Assembly: GCA_963696405.1 (NCBI GenBank)
Contig: CAVOJY010000003.1
Location: 262,156-326,155 of the forward strand
DNA from: an uncultured Chloroflexia bacterium
Lineage (GTDB): Bacteria; Chloroflexota; Limnocylindria; Limnocylindrales; CSP1-4
Direction of reading: 5' to 3'
Length of the DNA: 64,000 nt
Both the position numbers and the translations under genes were made by a program. This document shows, piece by piece, positions 20,251 to 31,080 of this stretch; the first letter of the stretch is position 1; each line of letters opens with the position of its first letter. The notes under the pieces are model-generated. The model saw only the letters and a list, made by a program, of their open reading frames with translations. It made no database searches and was not told where the DNA came from.

Positions 20251-21630
20251 GTGATCCCCGATCCTGCTGAGACCCTGCCGCCTGACAGCCCGGCTTCCGC
20301 AGCCCTGGAGCGCGGCCGTGCGCGCCGCCGCGAGGTTCCTCGGCGGAGCCACGCCACCTGGTCCCCGCCACGGGATCGCGACGCGGTGGCCACAGTGCTG
20401 ACCTCGAACGAGGGCCGCCTGCCTGAACTCGTGCCCATCCGGATGGGGCGCATGGTCGCATCACCCTTCGCCTTCCTGCGCGGGTCCGCTGCGGTCATGG
20501 CCGCGGATCTTGCCGGAACACCCCGAATGGGTTCATCGGTCCAGCTCTGCGGCGACGCCCACCTGTCCAACTTCGGCGTCTATGCGAGCCCTGAGCGGCG
20601 GCTCGTCTTCGACCTCAACGATTTCGATGAAACGCACCCGGGACCGTGGGAGTGGGACGTCAAGCGACTCGCCGCCAGTTTCGTGGTGGCCTCGCGCGAG
20701 AAGGGCTTCAACGACGCCACCTGTCGGGGCTTGGCGCGGACGGTCGCGCGGACGTATCGACTCTGGATCCGCCGCTATGCAGGCCAGCGTGCCCTCCTGG
20801 TCTGGTACGCCCACATCCCCATCGAGACAATCGTTCAGCGGATCGAGCAGGCTGGGCGCCGGGGTGGTCTGGAGATCTCGATCGAGGACGCTCAACGTCG
20901 CGACCACCTGGCTGCCCTCGGCAAGCTATCGACCAGGGCACCTGGCGGAGGCTGGCTGATCCGCGACCGCCCGCCCCTCCTGTTGCGCCTGTCGGAGGAT
21001 GATCCCGGCCGGATGGCCGCGCCGACGGTCTACCAGGAGTACGTTCGGTCTCTCACTCCGGACCGCCGCGTCCTGGTCGAGAAGCATCGCCTCCTGGACG
21101 TCGCCCTCAAGGTCGTGGGCGTGGGCAGCGTGGGAACCCGCTGCTACATCGCGCTCTTCGCCGGCCCTGCGGGTGGTCCTCTGGTCCTGCAGATCAAGGA
21201 GGCGCGAGCGTCAGTGCTGGCCCCCTACGTCCCGACCCGCCCCTACGAGCACGAAGGTGAACGCGTCGTCATTGGCCAGCGGGTCATGCAGGCGTTCTCT
21301 GACATCTTCCTGGGCTGGACGCACTCGCCCGTGTCGGGGATCGACTTCTACGTGCGCCAGCTCCATGACATGAAGTACAGCATCGACATCGAAGGGTTGC
21401 GGCCGGTCGGCATGGAGCTCTACGCGGACATCTGTGCGTGGGCGCTGGCGCGGGCCCACGCGCGGTCCGGGAACCCGGCCACGATCGCCGGTTACCTCGG
21501 GCCAGGTGAGGTGTTCGACGAGGCTCTCACGGCCTTCGCCGCCTCCTACGCCGACCAGACGGAGGCTGACCACGCGGCCTTCGCGTCTGCAGTCCGCGCT
21601 GGCAAGATCCCGGTGGAGACCGGGATCTGA
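20251..21630 (+). CDS. DUF2252 family protein (copy 1)
   Basis: SPFAFLRG, GDAHLSNFG, DLNDFDE, KVVGVGSVG, YVRQL. Confidence 0.92.
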   Translation: MIPDPAETLPPDSPASAALERGRARRREVPRRSHATWSPPRDRDAVATVLTSNEGRLPELVPIRMGRMVASPFAFLRGSAAVMAADLAGTPRMGSSVQLCGDAHLSNFGVYASPERRLVFDLNDFDETHPGPWEWDVKRLAASFVVASREKGFNDATCRGLARTVARTYRLWIRRYAGQRALLVWYAHIPIETIVQRIEQAGRRGGLEISIEDAQRRDHLAALGKLSTRAPGGGWLIRDRPPLLLRLSEDDPGRMAAPTVYQEYVRSLTPDRRVLVEKHRLLDVALKVVGVGSVGTRCYIALFAGPAGGPLVLQIKEARASVLAPYVPTRPYEHEGERVVIGQRVMQAFSDIFLGWTHSPVSGIDFYVRQLHDMKYSIDIEGLRPVGMELYADICAWALARAHARSGNPATIAGYLGPGEVFDEALTAFAASYADQTEADHAAFASAVRAGKIPVETGI

Positions 21631-22043
21631 TCGACGTGCAGGCAACCGGGATCGTGACGCGGGTGCCCCTGGGGGAGTGGACAGAGATAGTCGGGGCGGA
21701 GGCCGCGGCCGATCGCACTGCAGTACCACTTCAAGCTTGCCCGTCGTACTCAGGCCACGCTTGGGTGATGTCCCTACGGGCGACTCTGACCTCGGAGGAC
21801 GGTCAAGGCGCGAGCGCGAGCGACAGGCGAGTGGGCATCGCTTCCCCTTTGCTCGATGGTTCGACGCGCATTCTGACGGCGATTCCAGCTGTGTGGGTTG
21901 TAGTCGCGACATCGTGAAGCGCGGGAAGCCGTAGGCCGGGAAGCCGCCGACGCGAAGGGCGACGAACGGCTGGGACCTGCCGTGCGGCGCTCCGCCTGGA
22001 GCGCGAGGTCTCGTTCGGGGATTCCTGGGCGAGGGGCCGCTGC

Positions 22044-22649
22044 TCAGCGTTGTGCCGGCCGGACCAGGACCCAGACCTGCAGCCCGCCGTCAGGCGCGGT
22101 TCGGTCGCCGGCGGCCTGGAAGCCCAGGCGCTCGTAGAGGCGGCAGTTCGCTTCGTTCGAGGTTTCGACCGCCGCCGGGAGGCCGGCCTGGTCGCAGGCG
22201 GCCAGACCGGCGCGGATGACAAGCGAGGCCAAGCCCTCGCGCCGGCGGTCCGGTCGCGTGCCGACGGTCGCGAGGTACCAGTGGGGCCCGGCGGGGCGGA
22301 GCAGCGCCGTCTCCGCGTCGAGGGCGTCGACCGCCTCGAGCCGGTCACCGAAGAGGGCGGCCGATTCTTCGTTGAGACGGGTGCGAAGGACGTCGCTCAT
22401 CGGGGTCCGGCCGGGCTTCACCCAGGCGGCGACCGAGCTGATGTCGTCGGTCACCCATGTGCTGCCCGCCTCGGCGCCGACCAGCCCGGCGTAGAGCAGG
22501 TGGAGGCCGCGGAGGCGTTCACGGCGGTTGTCGGCGGGAACGGCCCAGCGAGACCATTCGTAGTCGAGAAACGCGTCGGCGAGCAGGTCGGCGATCGGCC
22601 CGGCATCCTCGAAGGTCGCCAACCGAACGGCGGGGCGGGGCGCCGTCAT
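22044..22649 (-). CDS. GNAT N-acetyltransferase
   Basis: HWYLATVGTRPDRRREGLA and LYERLGF. Confidence 0.88.
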   Translation of the reverse strand: MTAPRPAVRLATFEDAGPIADLLADAFLDYEWSRWAVPADNRRERLRGLHLLYAGLVGAEAGSTWVTDDISSVAAWVKPGRTPMSDVLRTRLNEESAALFGDRLEAVDALDAETALLRPAGPHWYLATVGTRPDRRREGLASLVIRAGLAACDQAGLPAAVETSNEANCRLYERLGFQAAGDRTAPDGGLQVWVLVRPAQR

Positions 22650-22729
22650 CGCCGGATTCTCCTACGCCGAGCGGCGCCTGTCCAACCGGGTAAGACGCCT
22701 CGATCCGCCGATTCGAGCCGGAGGGTTTG

Positions 22730-23140
22730 ACCCGGGTAGGGGTTCGAGGAACTCGGCGGGCGTCATGGCGGGGATGATCGCCCGCAGTTCGAGCAGGTGA
22801 GCGTCGCCGTCACCAGGGCGTCGACTTGGGCGTCGCGCGCGAGGTCGATGAGATACTCGTCATCGGGATCGGCGCTCAGCGGCTCCGGTGACGGCGCAGG
22901 ATCGGCCCGGACGACGCCCTCGCTCCGGATGAGCTCGACATAGGCGTCGGCCTCGGTTTCAGACACGTACCGGCGGAACTTGTCGCGCCGCAGCACCTCG
23001 CGCAGCTCGGCAAGCAGAAGCGGCGACGAGATGAACTCGAAGGCGCCCGAGCGGAGCTCGAGCAGGAGCTGGGCGCTCCCGCCGCCCGGGCTGATCAGCG
23101 CCGAAACGAGGACGTTGGTGTCAAGAACCGCGCGAGGCAC
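22730..23140 (-). pseudogene. PIN-domain (VapC-like) toxin with a C-terminal frameshift; 3' boundary approximate
   Basis: VLDTNVLVSAL and DPDDEYL; the expected TGDAHLLEL continues in another frame near 22808. Confidence 0.75.
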
Positions 23141-23275
23141 GCCGCTGCGCACGTACCGCGTGCGTCTCCTCCACCGCGAGCCGCATCGCCTCATCCTCGC
23201 CCAGGTCGCTGCGTGCCCACACGGTCGCGATCACCTCAAAGCCGAGGTACGCTCGCAGAGCCGCCTTACCAAGCA
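23121..23275 (-). pseudogene. Fragment of a putative antitoxin upstream of the PIN gene
   Basis: ALRAYLGFEVIATVWARSDLGEDEAMRLAVEETHAVR overlaps the toxin start; no recognisable N-terminus. Confidence 0.45.
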
Positions 23276-23692
23276 GTGGTGTGAGGGATCGCTTGCGCGA
23301 CTGAGGCGCTCGACATGCTCGTGGGCTCGCGTTGGCCGGACGCGTCGGGTCATGGCCGTTGCTCGGTGCGGGCGCTCGCGTCGAGTTTCGCTCGTAACCA
23401 GGCGGCGGCGATGTTGAGCACCTGCTCTCCCTCCCCGAGCTTCTGGAGGGCGCCGGCCCTCGCGGGCTCGACGAGGTTGCGCCACTCATCCGGCACCGGC
23501 GCCAGCCGGGAGCCGGAGATAGAGCGCGTAGACCAGCACGCGGTCCCGAAGGTCCTGTCGCGTCAGGTGGGAGGTGGCCCGGGGCAACTACCTCGCAAAC
23601 TGCTGCGGTGCAGCGTTCAGCTCAATTACACTGCCACGGACGCCCCACTAACCGACTTGTTTCCTCGTGGGTACTTCGGGAGATGATCGCCA

Positions 23693-24857
23693 TTGGCCAG
23701 TCAGGTCTACTTCGGTTCCCCACGCCAGGCGCGTATCGAGGCGAACGAGACGCTGCCCGCCAAACTCGATCTCATACTGGAACGCCTGCACCTCCGCGAC
23801 CGGGTGAACGGCGAGACCGTCGTGATCAAGATGCACACCGGCAACGGGATCGGCTACTCCACCGTGCACCCCGTGTTCGTGCGGAAGGTCGTGAAGGCCG
23901 TGAAGGAAGGGGGCGGCAAGCCATTCGTCGCCGACGTCAACTGGGACGCGCAGGGAGCCGAGGAGCGCGGCTACTCATCTGAGACCCTCGGCTGTCCCGT
24001 GTACCCGGCGGCCGGGCCAGACGACAAGTACTGCTACGAGCATGCGCGCCGATTCAAGAACATCCAGGTCTGGAAGGTGGCCGGACTCATCGAGGACGCA
24101 ACCTTCTTGATCAACCTGGCGCACATCAAGGGGCACCCAAGCTGCGGCTTCGGCGGCGTCTTCAAGAACCTGGCATTGGGCTGCATGGCCGGCGAGACCC
24201 GCAGTGCCATGCACGACACCATGCAATACGACCGCTACTGGTTCGCGGACGCATTGCCCGGACGAGGCCATCCGCAAGCGGATCATCGACGCGTGCCCGT
24301 TTGAGGCTTTGGTCGAGGACAAGCTCGATGCCCGTGAGCTGCACCTCCACCCGGAGCAGTGCAACGCCTGCGGCCGGTGCCTTGAGGTGGCGCCGCCCGG
24401 CAGCCTGAAGATCGACGCGGTGAACTTCAATGCCTTCCAGGAGGCCTGCGCGATCAGCACCTCGATCTCCCTGTCAACGTTTGCTCCCGGGAAAGCTGTG
24501 CACCTCAGCCTGGCCACGCAGATGACGCCGATGTGCGACTGCTTTGGGTTCACCAGCATGCCCATCCTGCCGGACGCCGGCGTTTTCGGGTCGGACGACA
24601 TCGTGGCGGTGGAGCAGGCCGCGCTGGACGTCATCGGGCAGACGCGCCTCATCGAAGAGAACGTCCCCACCTCCATGGAGGTCCACACACGCGAAGGACA
24701 TCCCTTCCGTTGGCTGCACGGCCCACTTAAGGATCCCTATCTGGTCGTGGAGTACGGCGAGAAGATCGGCCTGGGTTCGCGCGAGTACGAGCTTGTCGAC
24801 GTGCTGCCCGTCGCCAAGATCGAGCGCCCGGGGGTGCCATATATCGCGGCGCGGTAG
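23693..24857 (+). CDS. DUF362 Fe-S protein with a ferredoxin insert, split by a frameshift near 24254
   Basis: IKMHTG, HIKGH..GFGGVFKNLALGC, then CP..CP..CNACGRC, CDC and SDDIVAVEQA in the next frame. Confidence 0.8.
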
Positions 24858-25058
24858 CCCGGCCCGTCGGCGGGCGAGACCTCGTTCCTTGGAGCCATTG
24901 GATCATCGTGCCAGCGGCGCCCTTCCCAGGCTTCGTCGCGAACGGCAGCTGCCCTCGCCGCTGGCGGGCTCGCGGGCCCCAGACCTTGATCCCTGCGTTA
25001 CCGCACCGCGTGCCCCGAAAACGGCCTGAGACGAGCGCGCGCTTGTCGTGGCCGTTGG

Positions 25059-25778
25059 TCACGCTGGTGTCGTGCGAGCGTAGCGGGTAGCCCAGAGATC
25101 CGGAGTGAACGGCGCACGGCGCCCCACGCAGATCTCGCGAGGGCAGAGCTGGCAGCTCTCGAAGGCGACCTCTGTCGGGTAGCGGATGCCGGAGGCACTC
25201 TTGGTGGGCTGCATGAGCAGATGCTCGGTCAACTGAACGCCGATGCGTTGCTCCTCGCCCCGGAACAGGTCGAACAGGGCGCGTTGCTGCTCGATCGGCC
25301 AGTCCTCGAGGGAGCCCGGGTTCATGCTTGCCGTTGGGCCGAGTGCGTATGTCTCCTCGAGGTGGCTGGTCAGTGCCTCGGCCCCTTGCTGCAGCGCGAT
25401 CTCGCTGATCGCCTGCGCCCAGTACTCTCGCAGCAGGTCCGCTTGCGAACGTGTCCAGTCGTGGAGTTCGTGGCCGCAGGTGACGAGGTAGGGGAACACG
25501 CGGTAGGTGCCATCCAGGTTCACCCGCAGGACCTTGGACGTCAACCGGACTCCATCCACATCGACCCAGTCGTCTCCCCGTTCGCTCACGAAGCTCACGG
25601 CGTAGAGCGCCCGGGGACGGCCGATACGGTGGGCCTCGTCGATCAGCCGGACCAGCTCGTCGGCATCCTCACCCACGACTGCAGCGTTGGACGGCTGCAC
25701 GAGGTCGGCGACCTCAACACGGAAGGGGATCCTGTCGAGAATCTGCGGTGCGGCAGAAGCGATCAGAGTCTCGTCCAA
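25059..25778 (-). CDS. Stand-alone B12-dependent methionine synthase activation-domain-like protein
   Basis: MNPGSLEDWPIEQQ, LMQPTKSASG, C-terminal CQLCPREICVGRR. Confidence 0.75.
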   Translation of the reverse strand: MDETLIASAAPQILDRIPFRVEVADLVQPSNAAVVGEDADELVRLIDEAHRIGRPRALYAVSFVSERGDDWVDVDGVRLTSKVLRVNLDGTYRVFPYLVTCGHELHDWTRSQADLLREYWAQAISEIALQQGAEALTSHLEETYALGPTASMNPGSLEDWPIEQQRALFDLFRGEEQRIGVQLTEHLLMQPTKSASGIRYPTEVAFESCQLCPREICVGRRAPFTPDLWATRYARTTPA

Positions 25779-26068
25779 CAGCGTCGTCGTCCTCCTGCCC
25801 GCGGGGGGGCCGGTTCGGTGACTTGCCCACACATGGTCGGAGTAACCGACGGACCGTGCCAAGAGCCATTACGCCCGGCAGTCTCGCGGGCCACAGCGTC
25901 AACGAGCTTGGGGCGGCAGAGGACGGGTGGCACTTGGGGCCGTTTGGCTGTTGCGCGGTGGTCGTGCGACGCTCGATGCTCGTCGTGTGATCGGGCGTCG
26001 GGGAGGGCGTTCGGAGGTTCGCCCGTCGCGGCGCCTGTCGTGATGACACCCATCGGGAGGACCGTCCG

Positions 26069-27018
26069 ATGCCCGGGACCGCGCCCCTCCTCGAATGCCG
26101 CGACCTGCGGAAGCGCTTCGGCGACCGGACCGCCGTCGACGGCATCAGCTTCACGATCTCGCCCGGAGAGACCTACGGCCTGCTGGGTCCCAACGGCGCC
26201 GGCAAGACCACGACCATCTCGATGGTCTGCGGGCTTCTCCGGCGCGACGGCGGCGAGGTCATCGTCGACGGCAAGCCGATCGACATCGACGCGACCGACG
26301 CGAAGGCCGCGATCGGCTACGTGCCCCAGGACCTGGCGATCTACCCGGACCTGTCGGCTCGCGAGAACCTGCGCTTCTTCGGCCGGCTCGAGCGGCTGTC
26401 GGGGAAGCTGCTCGACCAGCGCGTGGCGGAGGTCCTGGAGCTCATCGGGCTGACCGATCGTGCCGGCGACCGGACGGAGAGCTACTCGGGAGGGATGAAG
26501 CGCCGGCTCAACATCGGCATGGGCCTGCTCCACCATCCGAAGCTGCTCGTCCTCGACGAGCCGACGGTCGGCGTGGATCCCCAGAGCCGCAACGCGATCC
26601 TCTCCAGCATCGCCGACCTGGAGCAGGAGGGCATGGCGATCCTGTACACCACCCACTACATGGAGGAGGCCGAGCGCCTCTGCGACCGGATCGGGATCAT
26701 CGACGAGGGCCGCATCCGGGCCGAGGGGACGCGGCGGGAGCTGGTGGCCCTGATCGGCCAGAAGGACCGCGTCACGCTCGTGGCCGGCGGCACGCTGGGG
26801 CCGGCGACGGAAGCGCTCCGACGGCTCGAGCGGGTCGAGCAGGTCACGCGCAGCCGACGGGCATCTCGAGCTGCTGGTGACCGAGGCCCGCAGCCTGCTG
26901 CCGCGCGATCCTCGAGACGGCCGCCACAGCCGGGGTCGCCGTCCGGTCCGTGGAGGTGGTGGAGCCAGACCTCGAGGCCGTCTTCCTCCATCTCACCGGC
27001 AAGGCCCTGCGGGACTGA
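26069..27018 (+). CDS. ABC-2 exporter ATP-binding protein with two apparent frameshifts near 26850 and 26903
   Basis: GPNGAGKT, YSGGMKRR, LDEPT; C-terminal EPDLEAVFLHLTGKALRD* lies in another frame. Confidence 0.85.
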
Positions 27019-27028
27019 GGACGCCGCC

Positions 27029-28210
27029 GTGCGCGCCGCGCTCGTCATCGCAGGCAAGGACCTCCGCCAGAAGATCCGCGACCGCTCGGCCATCATCCTC
27101 TCGGTCGTCGCACCGTTCTGCCTGGCCGCCCTCTTCTCGATGATGATCCCGGGGCAGGACTCGTTCCACGCCTCGTACGCTTACGTCGACCTCGACGGCG
27201 GTCCGATCGCCAGGGCGCTCGTCGACGGCCCGCTGGCCGGCCTTGCGGGCTCGAACGTCGCGACCATCAGCGCGGTCACGAGCGAGGACGAGGCGCGCTC
27301 CCAGGTGGAGGCGGGCACCGTCGACGCTGCCGTGGTGATCCCGGCCGGGTTCTCGGCGGCCGTGCAGGCCGGGCAGGCGGCCGAACTGAAGGTCGTGGCC
27401 AGTGGCGGCGAGGTTCTCTCGGGCCAGGTGCTGCGCTCGGTGCTGACGTCCTTCGGCAGCCAGGTGGAGGGAGTGCAGCTCGCGGTCACGACCGTGCTGG
27501 CGTCGACCGGGGCCCCGCCGGATCCGTCGCTGGCCGCCGAGCTCGCGGCGCAGGCGGTGGCCCTGCCCGAGCCCGTCGCTCTCACGGAGGCGCGCACGGA
27601 GGACAGGGTCGCCTCGTCGAGAACCTATTACGGCGCCGCGATGGCCGTGCTCTTCGTGTTCTTCGCCGCCCAGTTCGGCGTCGTGAGCTTGCTGGCGGAG
27701 CGCCGGAACGGCACCCTCGCCCGGATGCTGGCCGCGCCGATCACGGCTCGGACCGTGCTGGTCGGCAAGGTCCTCGTGAGCATCGTCCTTGCGGTCGTGT
27801 CGATGTCGATCATCGTGTTTGGCACGACCCTGCTCCTGGGGGCCAGCTGGGGTGATCCCCTCGCGGTCGCCGCGCTCGTCGTCGCCACCTCGCTGGCGGC
27901 CAGCGGGATCGCCCTCCTCGTGGTCGGCTTCGCCCGGACCGAGGACCAGGCCGGGAGCCTGACGGCGATCGTGGCGATGACCCTCGCGGTGCTCGGCGGG
28001 TCGTTCTTCCAGATGTCCCAGGCGCCCGAGGGCCTGGCGACGCTGAGTGTGCTGACTCCGCACTGGTGGTTCCTCCGCGGCGTCGACGACCTGGCATCGG
28101 GTGGCGGCATCATGCTCGTCGCGCCGTCGCTTGCCGTCCTCCTGGGGATCGCCGTCGTCAGCGGCGGGCTCGGTCTCTTGCGCGCCCGAAGGGTGGTGAC
28201 GGGCCGATGA
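27029..28210 (+). CDS. ABC-2 exporter permease
   Basis: GAGG RBS and GTG start; KDLRQ, ERRNGTLARM, several TM helices. Confidence 0.88.
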   Translation: MRAALVIAGKDLRQKIRDRSAIILSVVAPFCLAALFSMMIPGQDSFHASYAYVDLDGGPIARALVDGPLAGLAGSNVATISAVTSEDEARSQVEAGTVDAAVVIPAGFSAAVQAGQAAELKVVASGGEVLSGQVLRSVLTSFGSQVEGVQLAVTTVLASTGAPPDPSLAAELAAQAVALPEPVALTEARTEDRVASSRTYYGAAMAVLFVFFAAQFGVVSLLAERRNGTLARMLAAPITARTVLVGKVLVSIVLAVVSMSIIVFGTTLLLGASWGDPLAVAALVVATSLAASGIALLVVGFARTEDQAGSLTAIVAMTLAVLGGSFFQMSQAPEGLATLSVLTPHWWFLRGVDDLASGGGIMLVAPSLAVLLGIAVVSGGLGLLRARRVVTGR

Positions 28211-29370
28211 CGATGCTGACAATCGCCCGCGTCAACCTGGTCCGCCTGCTTCGCGACCGGATGGGCCTCTTCTTCATCTTCCTGCTCCCGGCCGTTCTGA
28301 TCGTGGTGCTCGGCACCGCCTACGGCGGGCGGGTCGCGCCGCGCCTTGGCGTGGTCTCCGCCGGCAGCGGGGCCCTCGGCCAGGAGCTCCTCGACGCGAT
28401 CGGTTCAGGGGACATGCTCCTGGAGATCAAGGTGCTCCAGACCGACGAGCAGCTGATCGACGGGATCGAGTCCGGCACGCTCGAGATGGGGATGCGGATC
28501 CCGGACGGCTACGACGCTACCCTGCGGAGTGGAACGGCTGCGACGATCGCGCTCTTCGGCCGCCCGGAGGGTGCGCTCTCGGCTCTCCGCGAGGGCGTCG
28601 CCTCGGCCGTGGCGGAGCAGTCGGCCCGGCTGCGGGCTGCCCGCCTGGCGGTGCTGCGGGGTGCCGCGCCGTTCGATGTTGCTCTGGCGAACGCCGCGGC
28701 GGCGCAAGGGCGGCTGCCCGGGGTGTCGGTCGCGGTCACTACGATCGGCGAGGGCATCTTCCCCGAGGGCACCGGCGCCTTCCAGCCCGGCGCCCAGAGC
28801 CAGCTCGTGTTGTTCATGTTCCTGACATCGATGACCGCGGCGACGCAGCTCATCCTGAGCCGCCAGCTCGGAGTCTCTCGCCGCATGGTGTCGACGCCCA
28901 CCCCGATCCGCACCATCGTCGTCGGGGAGATGCTCGGTCGCTTCGGGGTGGCGATGATCCAGGGCCTGTTCATCGTCCTGCTCTCGGCGCTCCTCTTCGG
29001 GGTCTCCTGGGGTGACCCGTTCGCGGCAAGCCTCGTTGTCGTCATGTTCGCGCTCGTCGGCACGGGGGCGGCGATGGTGGTCGGGGTCTTCTCGAACAAC
29101 GCGGACCAGGCCGGGACGATCGGGGTCTTCGCCGGCATGGCGCTCGGCGCGCTCGGCGGCGCGATGGTCCCTCTCGAGATCTTCGGCGAGCCGATGCGCT
29201 CCATCGCGATGCTGACCCCGCACGCCTGGGCCATGCAGGGGCTGCGGGAGGTCGCGCTGCGCGGCGGGGGCATCGTCGACATCCTGGTCCCGCTGGCCGT
29301 GCTGGGGCTCTTCGCGGCGGCCCTTCTGACGCTCGGCGTGTGGCGCTTCAGGCGGCTCCTCGCCTCCTGA
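28207..29370 (+). CDS. ABC-2 exporter permease
   Basis: ATGA overlap with the previous gene; TM helices; LGGAMVP..TPHAWA. Confidence 0.88.
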   Translation: MTMLTIARVNLVRLLRDRMGLFFIFLLPAVLIVVLGTAYGGRVAPRLGVVSAGSGALGQELLDAIGSGDMLLEIKVLQTDEQLIDGIESGTLEMGMRIPDGYDATLRSGTAATIALFGRPEGALSALREGVASAVAEQSARLRAARLAVLRGAAPFDVALANAAAAQGRLPGVSVAVTTIGEGIFPEGTGAFQPGAQSQLVLFMFLTSMTAATQLILSRQLGVSRRMVSTPTPIRTIVVGEMLGRFGVAMIQGLFIVLLSALLFGVSWGDPFAASLVVVMFALVGTGAAMVVGVFSNNADQAGTIGVFAGMALGALGGAMVPLEIFGEPMRSIAMLTPHAWAMQGLREVALRGGGIVDILVPLAVLGLFAAALLTLGVWRFRRLLAS

Positions 29371-29407
29371 AACGGGGCGTCCGCAAAGCAGGGCGCGCGG
29401 CCGCCAC

Positions 29408-30859
29408 CTACTCCTCGAAGTAGGCCTCGAGTCGACCCTGTCGGACGGCCTCGATCAGGCTGGCATGGTCCCGCTCGTTCTGATCGGCGTAGGCGACGGC
29501 GAAATCGGCGATGGCCTCCGCGAGCGCCGGGCCCTTGCCGATGTAGCCCGCGATGATCGCCGGGTCGCCCGAGCGGGCGTGGGCGGCGGCGAGAGCCCAC
29601 GCGCAGTTGCGGGCGAAGCCGAGCATGTTCGCCGGGGTGAAGATCTCGACCATCGGCCGGACCTTGACATCACGAAGCTGACGAACGTAGTAGTGACGCC
29701 CCCGGACCCCGACCATGTGACCGAGGAAGATGTCGCTCGCCGCCTGCATCAGCCGCTGCCCGAACACGACACGCTCGCCGTTCGAGGCGAACGGGCTCGC
29801 GCCAACGTACGGTTCGAGCACCGACGGAGCCACCTGCTTCACCTGCAGGAACAGGGCGTCGCCCTCCGAGGCGAAGAAGAGGCCGATGGCGCAGAGGCAA
29901 CCCACGCTCCCCACGCCGACGACCTTCATGGCCACGTCGGCCAGTTCGTAGCGGTCGTAGAGGACCCGGCGCTCGGGCGGCAGGGACTCGCGGTAGAGGC
30001 TGAAGTTCGCCGTGATCACGTCGCGGAACTCCGGGTCGTCCTCCTCGTCCGGGTGGTAGACGAGAGGCGGTGCGTCCTTGATGCGGGGCTTGCCGCCGAT
30101 CATGTGACCCAGCCTGACAAACTCCGCCGCGGCATCCCGCTGCAGCGCCTTCTCCAGGACCTGCTCGCGCCGCCGCTTGAGGACCGCGTCCTCGGTCAGG
30201 CCGATCAGATCCCGGTAGTCAAGGTACGAATACCAGGCGTCGATGGCACGCATCGCGGCCAGCTCGGTGAGTCGCCTGGCGTAGAAGCGGACGACGCCCT
30301 TCGCGGCCTCGCGGCAGTCCGCCGCCTTGTGGCCGTTCGCACGGCCGGCGATGACGAAGCTGGCGGCGAGGCGCTTCAGGTCCCACTCCCAGGGAGCCGG
30401 GAAGGTCTCGTCGAAATCGTTGATGTCGAAGATGATCTGGCGTTCCGGTGTGGCGAACGCACCGAAGTTCAGCAGATGGCTGTCACCGCAGGCCTGGACC
30501 GCGTACCCGGTGGATGGAGTGGTCGCCAGGTCGGACGCCATGACCGGGGTCGCGCCACGGAAGAACCCGAAGGGCGACGCCAGCATGCGGCCGTGCCGGA
30601 TGGGCAGAAGGCGTTCCAGGCGACCCTGGCCGGACGTGATGAGGAGATCGATCGGGTCCGGACGGTCCGCAGGTGGCTGCCAGCCGGCATGATGCTCGCG
30701 CGGACACATCACTCGGAGAGCCCGGCCAACCTCGCGGCGCGCCTTCTGCGTGTGCAGGTACGGTGGCTTGCCGAGGTAGGCCGGCTGGATCGGAGGCTTG
30801 GCAAAGACGGCCGTGGCGGAGGTACCGCTGGCCGGGTCGGTCGCGTCCGACGATGTCAC
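29408..30859 (-). CDS. DUF2252 family protein (copy 2)
   Basis: SPFGFFRG, GDSHLLNFG, DINDFDE, KVVGVGSVG. Confidence 0.92.
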   Translation of the reverse strand: MTSSDATDPASGTSATAVFAKPPIQPAYLGKPPYLHTQKARREVGRALRVMCPREHHAGWQPPADRPDPIDLLITSGQGRLERLLPIRHGRMLASPFGFFRGATPVMASDLATTPSTGYAVQACGDSHLLNFGAFATPERQIIFDINDFDETFPAPWEWDLKRLAASFVIAGRANGHKAADCREAAKGVVRFYARRLTELAAMRAIDAWYSYLDYRDLIGLTEDAVLKRRREQVLEKALQRDAAAEFVRLGHMIGGKPRIKDAPPLVYHPDEEDDPEFRDVITANFSLYRESLPPERRVLYDRYELADVAMKVVGVGSVGCLCAIGLFFASEGDALFLQVKQVAPSVLEPYVGASPFASNGERVVFGQRLMQAASDIFLGHMVGVRGRHYYVRQLRDVKVRPMVEIFTPANMLGFARNCAWALAAAHARSGDPAIIAGYIGKGPALAEAIADFAVAYADQNERDHASLIEAVRQGRLEAYFEE

Positions 30860-31080
30860 GGTCCCATCCTCCGTTCACGCGGGCTGCCGGATCGGGAGCC
30901 CACGAATGCTCGAGCTGCCAGGAATGCTCGTGCTATTGTGCCTGGCTCGTCCGCCAGAAGATGGTCATGAGGATACCGTCCTGGAGGTATCGACGCGGAG
31001 ATTCGTGACAGCGTCGTGCGGGGTGGAGCAGCGGCGCGTGTGGATCCCGCCCGGCTTCGTTTGTTCGGGGCGACGCTGCG

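Noticed and set aside
25780-26060. Cobalamin riboswitch upstream of the activation-domain gene
   Set aside because: No B12-box or other conserved elements on either strand.
26069-28210. 713-aa ATPase-permease fusion in the ORF track
   Set aside because: The true ATPase C-terminus and stop (27018) lie in another frame, and the permease has its own RBS and GTG.
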